From: Octopus vulgaris
Lineage: Eukaryota
Reading direction: 5' to 3'
Assembly: GCA_951406725.2 (NCBI GenBank)
Contig: OX597814.1
Span: 142,042,001-142,106,000 of the forward strand
DNA: 64,000 bases
The notes under the pieces were generated by a model. The model was not told where the DNA came from. It ran no database searches and saw nothing but the letters and a program-made list of their open reading frames with translations. Numbering within the stretch: position 1 is the stretch's first letter; every line of letters starts with the position of its first letter. This document shows, piece by piece, positions 39,140 to 50,905 of the stretch. The translations under genes and the position numbers were made by a program.

Positions 39140-40120
39140 TGAGGTGGTATCAAAAGATTTCCAGACTAGTTATGTTTAATACAAAATAACTTATTTACCT
39201 TTCGTTTTTGGATTTGGTTTGCAAGATTCTTTATATGAGTTCATGTGTTGAAGCATTTTCTGTTGTGTCTGGTGAGAGTAATTTTTTTGTGCCTTATAAT
39301 CTTGACTCTTGAGTCAAGACTATTGAAAAGGTTGCAAGACGCAACGAAAATTTTAGGAAAATAAAAATAAGAAATAAGTGGAAATTTTACTGGTGAGTGT
39401 GTTACATTATAAAGCACAAAAAGATAATGACTCTCCCCAGACACAACTTATTTACTTATTTTGTTTTAACAACTCCTGCACAGCAATACACTGGTTCCAG
39501 TGTTCCTGCCACTTTCAGAACCCAGCCTGGAAGTTGTTTTCCGTAAGTAAGTTGGGAAACTTCTGCGATTCATTCTAGACATTGACGACAGTAATAAAGC
39601 AGCAACCTTTGAGCTGCATTTCCATCTTGGGGAAGAGATCGAAGTCTACAGGTGCAAAATCTGATGAATAGGGTGAGTGTAGAAACGATACCATGTTGTT
39701 GATATAGAGTGAGGAGAGCTTAGTGACATCGTGAAGAATCCAATTCTTCATGCTACACATATCTGGTCACTCACCAAACGTCCTTCTTCAGATGCTTCAA
39801 AACATCACAATAGATCTCTCAATCCCTGGCCCTGAAGGATGAATTCTGGGTGCACAATACTACATTTTGAGAGGTTACACTCATGGTAGGTCTTCCAGGA
39901 ATGCTCTCCCACTTTTGAAGCATCTGTGCCACTCAAAACATTGTGTACGACCCACTGCCTCGTTGCTGAAGCATGCTCAATGTCTCTGTAGCAGACTTTC
40001 TGAGTTTAAGGCAAAATTTCATGTTCGCTCTTCATTCCAACTTCCTGTCCATGAAAAAAATCACAGACTGCAGCATACATGTGATCACAGAAAACACAAA
40101 TTTCCCAATTTGCGATGTAT
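39140..40120 (-). mobile_element. Internally deleted mariner-type transposon relic
   Basis: TA + TGAGGTGGTATCAAAAGATTTCCAGAC end. C-terminal HSPYSSDFAPVDFDLFPKM..LKG motif (39575-39760) and N-terminal KFCLKL.KSATETLSML / TQCFEWHRCFKSGR (~39890-40030). Confidence 0.85.
39200..39444. mobile_element. Asymmetric foldback element nested in the mariner
   Basis: GTGTCTGGTGAGAGT..TGTGCCTTATAAT vs ATTATAAAGCACA..ACTCTCCCCAGACAC, with central palindrome TCTTGACTC-TT-GAGTCAAGA. AACTTATTTAC is duplicated at 39188-39198 and 39445-39455. Confidence 0.7.
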
Positions 40121-40599
40121 GGGGTGCTGGTGGCACATAATAGCACCCATTACACTCTCGGAGTAGTTGGTGTAAGGAAGGGCATCTAGCCGTGGAAAAT
40201 CATACCAACTCAGGCTGAAGTCTGGTGCAGCCTTCCAGCTTACCAGCCCTGGTCAAACCATCCAACCCATGCCAGCATGGACAATGGGCGTTAAATGATA
40301 ATGATGATGATTCCTCTCTCAAATTCACACACTTATTGCAATGATACTTCAGATTTTCTAAACCCTGTAAAAGAACTCAGAAGGTTGGGCCTCCAACCAG
40401 GCCTTTTGCAATACCCTTAAAACCAGGAACTTCTCAGTAACCCCTTACATATAAGCAACATGTAATGGCAATCCTTGCAACATGTAATGACAATTCTCAA
40501 AGTTTCATAGCCTGGCTAAAGTTTTCGAAATACTGAATTTATTTGTCTAACAAGGAACTTGATCTGAGACTGTGTATTGAAACTACAGCAACAATAACA

Positions 40600-40780
40600 C
40601 AGAAGAGCTATTTAATAACATGTAAAGCTGTTAAAATAACTTTAAATTCAAATTTATTTCATGAGCTATCAGATTTTTTTTTTTTGTCACAGAACTGTAA
40701 TGGAAATTCTGATACCTTATGAAATTATTTAAAATTTAAAGTGAATTTGACAGCTTTGTGCATTATTAAGCAGTTCTTTT
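40600..40780. repeat. Imperfect long inverted repeat (MITE-like foldback)
   Basis: AAGAGCTATTTAATAA..AAAGCTGTTAAA..ATTTCATGAGCTATCAGA is mirrored by TCTGATACCTTATGAAAT..TTTGACAGCTTT..ATTATTAAGCAGTTCTT. Confidence 0.7.
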
Positions 40781-42209
40781 ATGATTTAGTTGTTTAAATT
40801 CATTTTACATTTGTCCTTTTTGTTAAAGATAAGCCAAATATTGATGGTATGTGTATGTGCTTTGTTAACATCAGCAATAAAGTTAAAAATTCAAATTGCT
40901 ATGATGTTCATTGCTCTCAAGTCTTTTTGTTTTGAGCACCAAAAATATAACCTTTAATAGGTAGGTTGTGTGGTTAAGAAGCTTCCTACTACATGGCACT
41001 ATGTGCAAGAATTTTCTACTATAGCTCCTGATCAGCAAATGCTTGGTGACTGAATTTGGTAGATGGAAACTATGTGGAAGCCTGTCATAGATATATGAGC
41101 ATGTGTATATGCATGTATGTGTGTGTGTGTGTTTGTGTATTTGTCTACCACACCTCTTGACAACTGGTGTTCCTTTGTTTATGTCCCTGTGACTTAGTAC
41201 ATCAGCAAAAGTGACAAATAGAATAAGTACCAAACTTAGAAATAAGTACTGAGGTGAATTTTTTTGATCAAATCCTTCAGAGTGGTACTCCAGCATGGCT
41301 GCAGTCAAATGACTGAAACAAGTAAAAGATAAAAAATATAAATAATTTCTTTATGTAAGTCCTTCCTTTCTTCAGAAATTTCCATAAAATCTAACAAAAG
41401 TAGTCCTGCTCCATGGATCTAAAAAGAAGCACGTACTAGATAAGATAATGTTAGAAAATCCTCCTCTGCCTCCTCATCATCATTTAACGTCTATTGTCCA
41501 AGCTGGTATGGGTTGGACGGTTTGACCATGGCTAGCAAGTTGGAAAGCTGCACCAGGCTCCAGTTTGATTTGGCATGATTTTCGATGGTTGGATGCCCTT
41601 CCTAATGCCAACCACTCTGAGAATGTAATGAGTGCTTTTATGTGTTACCGGCACAGGTGCCATTTGCATGACACCAGTATTTACCATGACTGCAATTTTA
41701 CTTGGTTTGACGGATCTTCTTCTCAATACATGACTTAAAGGACATATTCTAAAACACCAAACAGAGAGGTTTGTCTAATGGTAATGTCGGGACAATATTT
41801 TATAATAGGTATCACTAAAAAAGTCAACAGGAATCTCGCTTAAATAAACAGAAAAGTCAAAGGTTTTACTTGATATGATTGGAAGCGATGATTCATTTGG
41901 ACAGCAATATCATGTAATAATGAGGGTTTTCAAAACAGTTTTACAAAGAATGTTAATAATGAATTCTTAGATTAGTAGAAGAACAAAAATTTGAAGTTAA
42001 TTATTTTGACATGTTATTTAACTTGTAATTGTTATCGACCTGTGAGGAATGAAATGCAAAGTTGACTCCAAAAGGAACTGAACTCAGAAAATGTTAATGA
42101 TAATAAATATGGATAATAAATGTCTGTGCAAAATTAGAATAGATTGGATTAAGATAATCTGCTTTTATCCTTTTTGCTTTCTTTTCTTTTTGCAAAAACT
42201 GAAAAGTTG

Positions 42210-42600
42210 AGCATGTCCCTCAGTGGCTGACGATATGTGCATCCCTGATCATGGGCAGAAGTAGTGGGGAAGCATCATAGCCTTGTGTTGAGACGAATTC
42301 TTTGGGGTTTGGATAATTCACCTTTGGAAATATGGGTGAGTCATTCAACATCTTTAAGCAACCCTTATTCAGGGACCTTTTGAGTGGGATGGGCTACTCA
42401 ACCAGAAGAAAATTGTAACTGTCCCCACCTACAAGATCATGTGCTGTTTAGCTGATATGAAATCCTCATGTTGTGCACATATCATTATGTGCCTGGTGTA
42501 CTCTTATCAGATGGGTAGTCATGATGGCTTTTTATATTTGTGCCCCAGTCTCACTTTGATGGCATGCACTACTCTCTCACTCAGTAATAATAATAATGAT
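42210..42600 (+). mobile_element. Unclassified retroposon 3' fragment with (TAA)n tail
   Basis: GC-richer block ending CTCTCTCACTCAG-(TAA)n. Family not identified. Confidence 0.4.
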
Positions 42601-43254
42601 AGTAATTATTATTTCTACTCATGGCACAAGGCCTTGAAATTTTTGGGGAAGGGGGGGGTCAATTATAGTGATCCCCAGTACATAACTGGTACTTATTTCA
42701 TTGACCTCGAAAGGATGAAAGGCCAAGTCGACCTCGGTGGAATTTGAACTCAAAACGTAAAGACGGACAAAATAATGCCAAGCATTTCACCCGGTGTGCT
42801 AATGATCCTGCCAGCTCACCACCTTAATAATAATAATAATAATAATAATAATGATAATAATAATAATGAACTTGTTGTGTGGTGTGCCCAGGTACAGTAC
42901 AACTGCTTGAGTGTAAACAGCACTATGACACAGAGGAAAGAGTCATGTTATTTGTTTCCTATCAGTCAGCCACTTGTTCCTTCCTCTTTCCAATTGGTAC
43001 TTATAATGTCTAATATACTTTATATGAATGAAGCAATAACAACAAAAGCAACAAAAATTTAAAATAAAGTAAGTACATACACACTTGTAATCATAATAAT
43101 TTGATTTTTCGGTACAAGAAACACCATTCAGTAATATAACAACAGACATTACACTCTTTGCCCCCCACCATTCTTAATACGCATCAACATTGACATTCTT
43201 AGAGCTAATCAGATCTAGTGAAGAGCAAAGGGTGGCACACACCCAGTTGGCTTT

Positions 43255-43895
43255 ATTAACACCGTCACCGCCATCACCAGCACCAACACCACCACCACCA
43301 CCACCACCACCATAATCACCATTACTACTGCTGCCACATCCACCACCACTGCTACAACTATGCAAGTGTCACCACCACCACCATCATCATCATCATCACC
43401 ACCATCATCATCACAAACACCACCACCACTATCAGAAACATCACTACTACCACTCAAGTCACTACCATGAGTGCCACCACTATTGCCACCAACATTATTA
43501 CCATCATCATCACAATCACCATTACTACCGATGCCTCATCCACCACCACCACCATCATTGCTACAACTGTGCAACTGTCACCACCACCACCACCATAATC
43601 ATCATCATCTCCACAACCATCACCACCACTATCATCATCAACATCATCACAAACACCACAACCACCAACCACCATCAGAAACATCACTACCACCAATCTA
43701 ATCACCACCATGCACCACCATGGGTGCCGCCACCACTACCACCACCACCACCACCACCACCACCATCATCATCACGATCACCATTACCACCACTACCTCA
43801 TCCACCACCACCATCAGAAACATCACTACCACCACTCTAATCACCATATGGGTGCCACCACCATCTCCACCAACATCATCATCATTGCCATCAGT
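43255..43895. repeat. (CAC/CAT)n low-complexity tract with higher-order duplication
   Basis: CACCATTACTAC..CATCCACCACC..GCTACAACT..TGTCACCACC and ATCAGAAACATCACTAC recur 2-3 times. Confidence 0.85.
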
Positions 43896-44425
43896 AGATA
43901 AACAATGGCAAGTAAAATAGATTTCATTTAATGAGTTTGTCTAAATAAGTAACTGTTATTTTCATGAGAGAGACATTTCCGAAGTAACCAACAGTTTCCG
44001 CAAACAGACAAGAAAGAAACCCGCATATTAGTTTGATTTTCAGTAAGCATGTACGCATGCGTTCGTGTCTACATGTGTATGTAAGTGCAACTGTACATCT
44101 ATGTACGTCTCTGTGTATGTGTACGTAGGTGTGTGGGATTTTCTGACACGCTGGGACGAGGAAAGTTAATGGAAGATAGAACAGAACAGGTAAAAAATAA
44201 GATATGAAAAAGAAAAAAAAAATTGGAAAAGCTGTCTGCATTTTGTTTTTTCTAATTTTTTTCTCTCCCTAAATATCACATTTGTTTTAATAGCTTATGA
44301 AAATATCATGAACACAGCGAGACATGTTTATTAGATATGCTGAATAAAGTAAAAAGGTATTTTTTTAAGTCGTTCTCTTGAAATATTCCATTTCCACCTA
44401 TGAAGGTGGATATAAAACATACATA

Positions 44426-44462
<37 letters not shown>

Positions 44463-45253
44463 GACATGCACACATATATGTGTGTACATATACACAAGCT
44501 AACAAACGTTCTGTGTGTATGTGTATGTGCATGGATGTATACAAGTGTGTACATATATATATAACACACATAAATATATATAACATACTTATATGTATGT
44601 GTGTGTATACCTCTCACTCTTCTCTCTGCATATCATCATCATTATTTAATGTCCAGCTTTCCATACTGGCATGGGTTGGACGGTTTTACTGAGGACTGGC
44701 AAACCAGGAGGCTGCACCAGGCTCCAATCTGATCCGGCATGGTTTCTACAGCTGGATGCCTTTCCTAACACCAGCCACTCCAAGAGTGTAGTGGGTGCTT
44801 TTTACATTCCACCAGCATGGGACCTGATCAGGCGGCACTGGCATCGACCACATTTGAATGTTGCTTTTTACATGCTACCAGCATATCACATTGCTGTACT
44901 AGAGAAGACCCACTCACCACAAAATAATTGAGATTCTAAAACCAAGACGCCACATGAAAAGCATTGGTGTGGGTGCTGGTGCCACATTAAAAACACTGGT
45001 GATAATGACATGTAAAAAAACATCCAGTACATACTGTGGAGCGGTTGCCATTAGGAAGGGCATCTAACCATAGAAACCAAGCCAAAACAGACTACACAAC
45101 TGAGTGCAACCCCCAGCCTTGCCAGTTCCTGTTAAGTTGTCCAACCCGTACCAGCATGGAAAATGGACGTCAAATGATGATGATGTTTCATGATGATAAT
45201 GATGATATAAAATAATCCCTCACCATATCACGGTTTATTATTTAAGCTTATGT

Positions 45254-45470
45254 CAAGGCAGCGAGCTGGTAGAAATGCTAGCATGCCAGGCAAAATGCTT
45301 AGTGGTATTTCATCTGTCTTTACATTCTGAGTTCAAATTCTGCTGTGGTTAACTTTGCCTTTCACCCTTTTGGCATCAATTAATTAAGTACCAGATGTAT
45401 ATTAGGGTCGATCTAATCGGCTGGCACCCTACCACCAAATTTCAGGCTTTGTCCCTATAGTAGAATGGAC
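45254..45470 (+). mobile_element. SINE family B with TSD
   Basis: TSD TATTTAAGCTTA(T/C)GT at 45239-45253 and 45471-45485. Confidence 0.85.
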
Positions 45471-45636
45471 TATTTAAGCTTACGTTGATTCCTCCATGGT
45501 GTTATTTTGCATTTATAATGAAATATATACAAATTATAAAAATAATTTTTTAAAAATATACAGTACTGTTGTACTTCACAGATTTTCACCTATTGCAGGG
45601 GCTTTTGGAACATAATACCTGTAATAGGTGAGGGCT

Positions 45637-45692
<56 letters not shown>

Positions 45693-46366
45693 CTGTGTGT
45701 GTGTGTATGTATATATATATACATCATCATCAGCCTCCTCATCATTAGTATTTAAATGTCAACTTTCCATGCTTGCATTGAAAAGTAGATGGGGTTTACT
45801 GAGGCAAGTCTTCTATGACTGGATGCCCTTCCAGTCACCGACCCTTGCTCATTTCCCCATAGCTAGACATGTTTACATAAGATTGGAAATGAGAGTTAAA
45901 TTGCTTGTATGATAGTGACACTCATTTACAAGTATTATGTGATGTCAAGACAAGGTGAGACACAAACGCACACACTCACACACATATACATATAATGAAA
46001 GCCATAGTATTAGGCCAAAGTTATTCTTTAGAAGATGTATGATATAGTGTGTAAATGGACTAAGTAAAGGAACCATAGAAAGGGTTGAAGTGTGCATTGA
46101 AAAACAATTAGATTGATAGGGAAATTATAGCTTGTAAAATGAGTCGGTATTCTAGCTATCATATGAAATTAAATTATAGGAAAATAGTAACCTAGTGTAG
46201 TACGTAAGATAAGTATAAAGTTCAGTAAATTAGTTTATAATTTGGAGTGAAGTTGAGTAGTGCTAATTAGTATGTGAGAAGGTTAAGGGAAGGTAATAAG
46301 AGGTTAAGTAGGTTCACTAATAACCTGTACAATAGGGGTTAGTGACATTTAAAGGATAAATAGGGC

Positions 46367-48010
46367 TTATCGATACTTTGAGAATACAAAACGGCCTTTA
46401 TTCAAACAAAAATTATTTTTCTCATGTCTTTTGTTAGGTAGAGATAATTTGCCCTTTAAAATAAAGAATTTTTCGTTTATACAGAGCTCACAGCGATTAT
46501 TTTTAATGTTATATGAGGAAGTTTTGGCTGGGATACACCATTCTAAACTATAGTTAATATTTTTGTCTTTCAATTCCTAAATGTAACTACTAAGTCTGGT
46601 AGAGTTCGCTTTACTTCTATTTCTGAAACTAGATTGGTGGGAATTGTATCTAAGTATCATTTAATTTTTAGTTGTTCCTATATAAGATTTCTTGTAATTA
46701 TTTGCAAGTACATCGCACTGGTAGATAAGGTTTTTAGTTTTACAAATATTGGAGAATTCACAATGGTTTTTGTCTCTGCAGCCACATAGATTATTAAGCT
46801 TATCTGTGTGTATGTTGCATTGAGGGGGATTATTATTTATAAGGCCGTTGTCCGTGTTATTTGAGGGCAAGTTATTAGGGATGACATTTATAATATCTGT
46901 AAATTGGTTGTTATGTTTTATGTCGTTATTTTTCCTACTTTCATAGAAGGCATTTAGCTTTTTATTGTTGATCGAGGCTATGATGGTAGCTACATTGCTA
47001 GTTAAGCTATGGCCTACCCTAATCTTATTCCTAAAGATTTCTGAGTATTTGTTATTTAAGTTCAAGTGCTTGTCTATAAGTCTCATTATAGAATGAACTA
47101 TGTTTGTTTTAAGCTGCATCGCAAAAGGGATTATTAACCAGATATTATCATTATTTCATTTATTTTTAATATCATTATTTTTGGTGTAGAAACTCTCCTC
47201 AGTATTCTTGTAGAGCGTAAAGTTATGGTTATGATTATTATACTTCTTTCTATAGTTATTTATATTATTATTACTATCAGTTTTATAGGGGTTATTTCTG
47301 TATGGTTTATTTAGTTTATATTGTTTAATATTATCATTCATAACAGGAGTTATATTGGTTCTTAGAGGTGTGTTATGTATATTATTATTCATATTAGTAT
47401 TCTTAATATTGTTAATTTTTACATTGTTGGTATTTCTTTCATTATTATTTTTAATGTTGTTATTTACCTTAGTCTGCATCTTATCTTTATTCCTACATTT
47501 TTTCTTTGTTATTATTACTGTTAGTCTTATTAATGGTGTTATGGTTGTTAGTGTCATTTGGAGTGTAGTTCCTGTTATAAGTCTTGGGTATTTATTTTAT
47601 TCTGTTTATTTCTATAGTGTTCTAAGTTTAGGTATTCAATTTTTTGCTTATAACCTGCTTTTTCTAATGTGCTATTGAAGAATTTCTTGTACTTATTAAA
47701 GATATCTTGGTTGGAAGATAAGCATGAAATTCTTTTGCTAACGCTTTGTACTAGTCCTCTTTTAATAAAGTTAGGATGGTTACTCAATGTATTTATATAT
47801 TTAAGGTTTGTATTTGGTTTTATGTAGTCCTATTGCTAGGGTGCAATGAGTGTCTAAGTAGTTTATAGAATTATGTTCCATTTCTATAGTAATAATTAGG
47901 CCAAAACATTTAAAAAACTTATATAGTTTTTTCTTAATTAGCTCTAATCTCCTATTTGAGATGTTTTCCAGTATAAATAATGTGTCATCCCTGTAGAGAC
48001 CACCAGGAGT
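46367..48010 (-). pseudogene. Penelope-like RT / GIY-YIG endonuclease ORF, disabled
   Basis: GLYRDD (RT), INYLD, SNHP..KRISCLSS..AGY (thumb), CGCR.K..C....IC linker, LIY..SYIG, LRYNSHQSSF, C-terminal CELCINEK..NKRHE...C. Several stops and frameshifts. Confidence 0.92.
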
Positions 48011-48083
48011 GCCCATGGATACATCTATCCCTTAGATGGTTACATTACCTCTAACTTATATCTTACACAACCTATATATATGA

Positions 48084-48129
48084 TTAATTTATGAAGGTGT
48101 CATTAATTCTATGACACCTTCGTAAATTA
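48084..48129. repeat. Near-perfect hairpin in the Penelope non-coding segment
   Basis: AATTTATGAAGGTGTCAT-TAATTCT-ATGACACCTTCGTAAATT. Confidence 0.9.
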
Positions 48130-48257
48130 GTTTTTGGTGAATTACTTTTCTCGTAAATTGTATCGAGATTATTTTACACTGGTGGCTGTTATGATTTCGG
48201 CGCGAAACGAATCAGTTGCAGCACAGACTTCGAAGCATTAGGTTGGGAGTTTCTGAT

Positions 48258-48320
48258 CATGGTAACACATGCTGAAGAAGCTAAGGTTTTATTTTACCAA
48301 TGCAGAAACCGGTCCACATG
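48258..48320 (+). ncRNA. Type I hammerhead ribozyme of the Penelope pLTR
   Basis: CATG..TG-CTGAAGA-AGC..GGT..ACC..GCA-GAAA-CCGG-TC-CA-CATG. Cores intact, palindromic ACCGGT in place of helix III, GUC triplet. Confidence 0.72.
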
Positions 48321-48509
48321 AATCCAAATACTTAAATGTATGTTAGTAGATTGTCTTAGCCTGATTTTGCCTTTGTTTGATTTCTGTAGTTTTCATCAGT
48401 GTATTTTTTAGGTGATTTAATAAGAGTTTTGACTGTTATTTCTAGCAGGTAGACATACCTAGTATGTCCTTTGATTAATTATATATATATATTTATATCA
48501 GTATTCAAG

Positions 48510-49298
48510 AAGACCTGTCCTCCACAGCAGAAGTGTTAAGGTCACATCCCCTGGTGAAGAGGATCAGCTTGCAAGAGTCCTGGTGTCAGAGTCACATTAA
48601 AAGCACCCAACATCCTCTGTTAAGTGGTTGGTGTTAGGAAGGACATCCAGCTGTAGAAACCAGGTCAAATCAGACTGAAACTTGGTGCAGCTCTCCTGCT
48701 TGCCAGCTCTGGTCAAACCATCCAACTTATGCCATCATGGAAAATGGATTTTAAAGAATGATGATGATGGTGATTGACCAATGCAGGTAGCAGACCAAAA
48801 TTTTCAAAGTTACAGCCATCCCTTTTCTTGTAAAATTTTGCTGGTGCTATGTAAAATGCACCCCATGCACTCTGTATAGTGTTGGCGCTAGGAAGACCCA
48901 GACTTCACAGCAGAAGTGATAAGGCCACATCTCCTGGTGAAGAGGATTGGCCTACAAGTGTCCTGTGCCATGTACAGGCACTCATGCTGGTGTCACATTA
49001 AAGCACCCAGTGCACACTGTAAACTGGTTGGTGTTAAGAAGGGCAGCTAGCCATAGAAACCAAGCTAAGTCTGACTGGAACCTGGTGCAGCTTTCCTGTA
49101 TGTCAGGTCTGTTCAAATCATCTAACCCATGCCAGCATGGAAAAATGGACGTTAAAGGATTATGATTATGATGATAGACCAATGAAGGATTACAAACCAA
49201 AACTTCAAAGTTACAGTCACACCTTTTCTTGTAAAATTTTGCTGGCACCATGTAAAAAGCACCCAGTACACTCTGTAAAGAGGTTGGTGCTATGAAGG
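48510..49298 (+). repeat. Old ~390-bp tandem duplication containing family C copies
   Basis: CACAGCAGAAGTG.TAAGG.CACATC.CCTGGTGAAGAGGAT and TTCAAAGTTACAG.CA.C.TTTTCTTGTAAAATTTTGCTGG each occur twice. Confidence 0.85.
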
Positions 49299-50027
49299 GC
49301 ATCCAGCTGTAGAAACCATGCCAAAACAGACAATGGAACCTGTTATGACTATCAGTCTTACCAGCTCCTGTCAAACAGTCCAACCCAAACCAACATGGAA
49401 AACAGACGTTAAATGATGATGATGACGATAATGATGATGTACTTTACCACAAGTATTGAGTAATTCTTCAGTTTGATATAAAACTGTTTGTATTATAACT
49501 TGATATGAAAACAACCATTAACACATACATACACACACAAGCATGTGTGAGTGTTTGGTTGTGTCTATATATAATCATATTCACTCACATTCATTAACTT
49601 ATCAGTCTAGGTGCAATATTTAACTTACTAGACATTAACACAATACCACAGTTAAAAGTGCTCCAGGCTCAGAACCATGAAATGAAAATGGAACATTAAC
49701 ATATTGACATCAATTGCCATTTATACCTGCGTTGCGTGTGTACATAGGTGTGTGATTGCATCTATGTATTTGAGCATGATTGTCTTTCTGTGTGTGCATG
49801 TGCAATGTGTACACATGTGATAAACCTTTTGATATCAGCATCGTGACTTTTATTGACTGTTATTTTAAAGGAAGGAAGTAGAGCACAACATATTATTTCA
49901 ATAATGTCTTTTCATGTTAATATTGTTATTTATCTTCTCTCTTCATAGATGAGCGAGAAAGAAGAGTATGATATATGTGCGTGTGCATGTGTGTGTATAA
50001 TAAATGTATTATATATATATGTGTATG

Positions 50028-50076
<49 letters not shown>

Positions 50077-50529
50077 TATACATGTATGTGTGTATATTGA
50101 GAAAGAGAGAAAATAGTTTTAAAAAATATATAGCACAGTACTTAACATCTTTTAGATGTTTTTAACATAGAATTTTTTGGCTGTTATTATTTAACCACTT
50201 CTGGGGTTATCCTTGATTGAACAAGTCTAGAACAAAAGGAATACAGTTCCTAGGCTTAATCATCGATATCCTTCCTTTTAGCTGTATAGCAAGGCATGAT
50301 TTCATAGCAGTTTTTTCAGGCTGAAGAACCCGGGGTTTCTCTTATTTGGTTGGAGTAACTGTGCTGTGGATCTCCCTCAATCTTGGCATGGAAAACTAAA
50401 TTCTATACGCTTCCTTACCATACTATACACCTAGTTGTGTAGAATAGTAGCTAAAACACCAAAAGGGAAGTAAGCAATGCCAGACTACCAAATCATCCAG
50501 GTGAAAGTACATCATCATTATCATCATAT

Positions 50530-50905
50530 ATAACAATGCTCCACATTCCCTGAACTTTACCGAGCCAAGTCTTGCTCTTGCTGTGACAGCTGCTTCACAT
50601 CCACCACTTACATCCACCCTATCTCCCAAACAACAAAACCCTCTCACCGTTTCCACCTCACCACATAATGTTTTCACTGGTTCTGCCAGTTCTCCATCTC
50701 CTTTCTCACATCTTCCACAAACAAACTCTCTTGCCAGTCTGGGTGGGGGAACATCTTCATTTTCATATATCTACCATGAAACCATTTCTCACATCTCGTA
50801 CACAATACTGCATTTGCCATCACCCTCCACCACATACACCACATGAATCCGCCTTACACACTAACACTTTTTCCACCCCACACACCATCACCTTATGGCC
50901 TTGAG
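50530..50905 (-). pseudogene. RTE-clade LINE fragment (post-RT region)
   Basis: EVETVRGFCCLGDRVDVSGGCEAAVTARARLGSVKFRE, preceded by a Cys-rich VCGK..KWFHGR..FVCGRC segment. Confidence 0.8.

Larger units (their letters stand above)
45995..48480. mobile_element. Penelope-like retroelement (probable Naiad clade), 5'-truncated with an inverted segment
   Basis: RT-thumb-GIY-YIG ORF on the minus strand, HHR-bearing non-coding segment on the plus strand, TA-rich microsatellite on both flanks. Confidence 0.85.

Noticed and set aside
39661-39690. CTGATGA..GAAAC hammerhead-like words
   Set aside because: No supporting helices; this is the antisense of the mariner transposase motif.
48084-48240. Possible SECIS element, since some Naiad elements encode selenoproteins
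   Set aside because: The ATGA-containing hairpins lack the 3' GA of the non-Watson-Crick quartet, and the conserved Cys positions seen are ordinary Cys codons. A SECISearch run would settle it.
49949-49965. 17-nt micro-exon after a strong pyrimidine tract
   Set aside because: Not frame-preserving, part of a local hairpin, and with no supporting neighbours.
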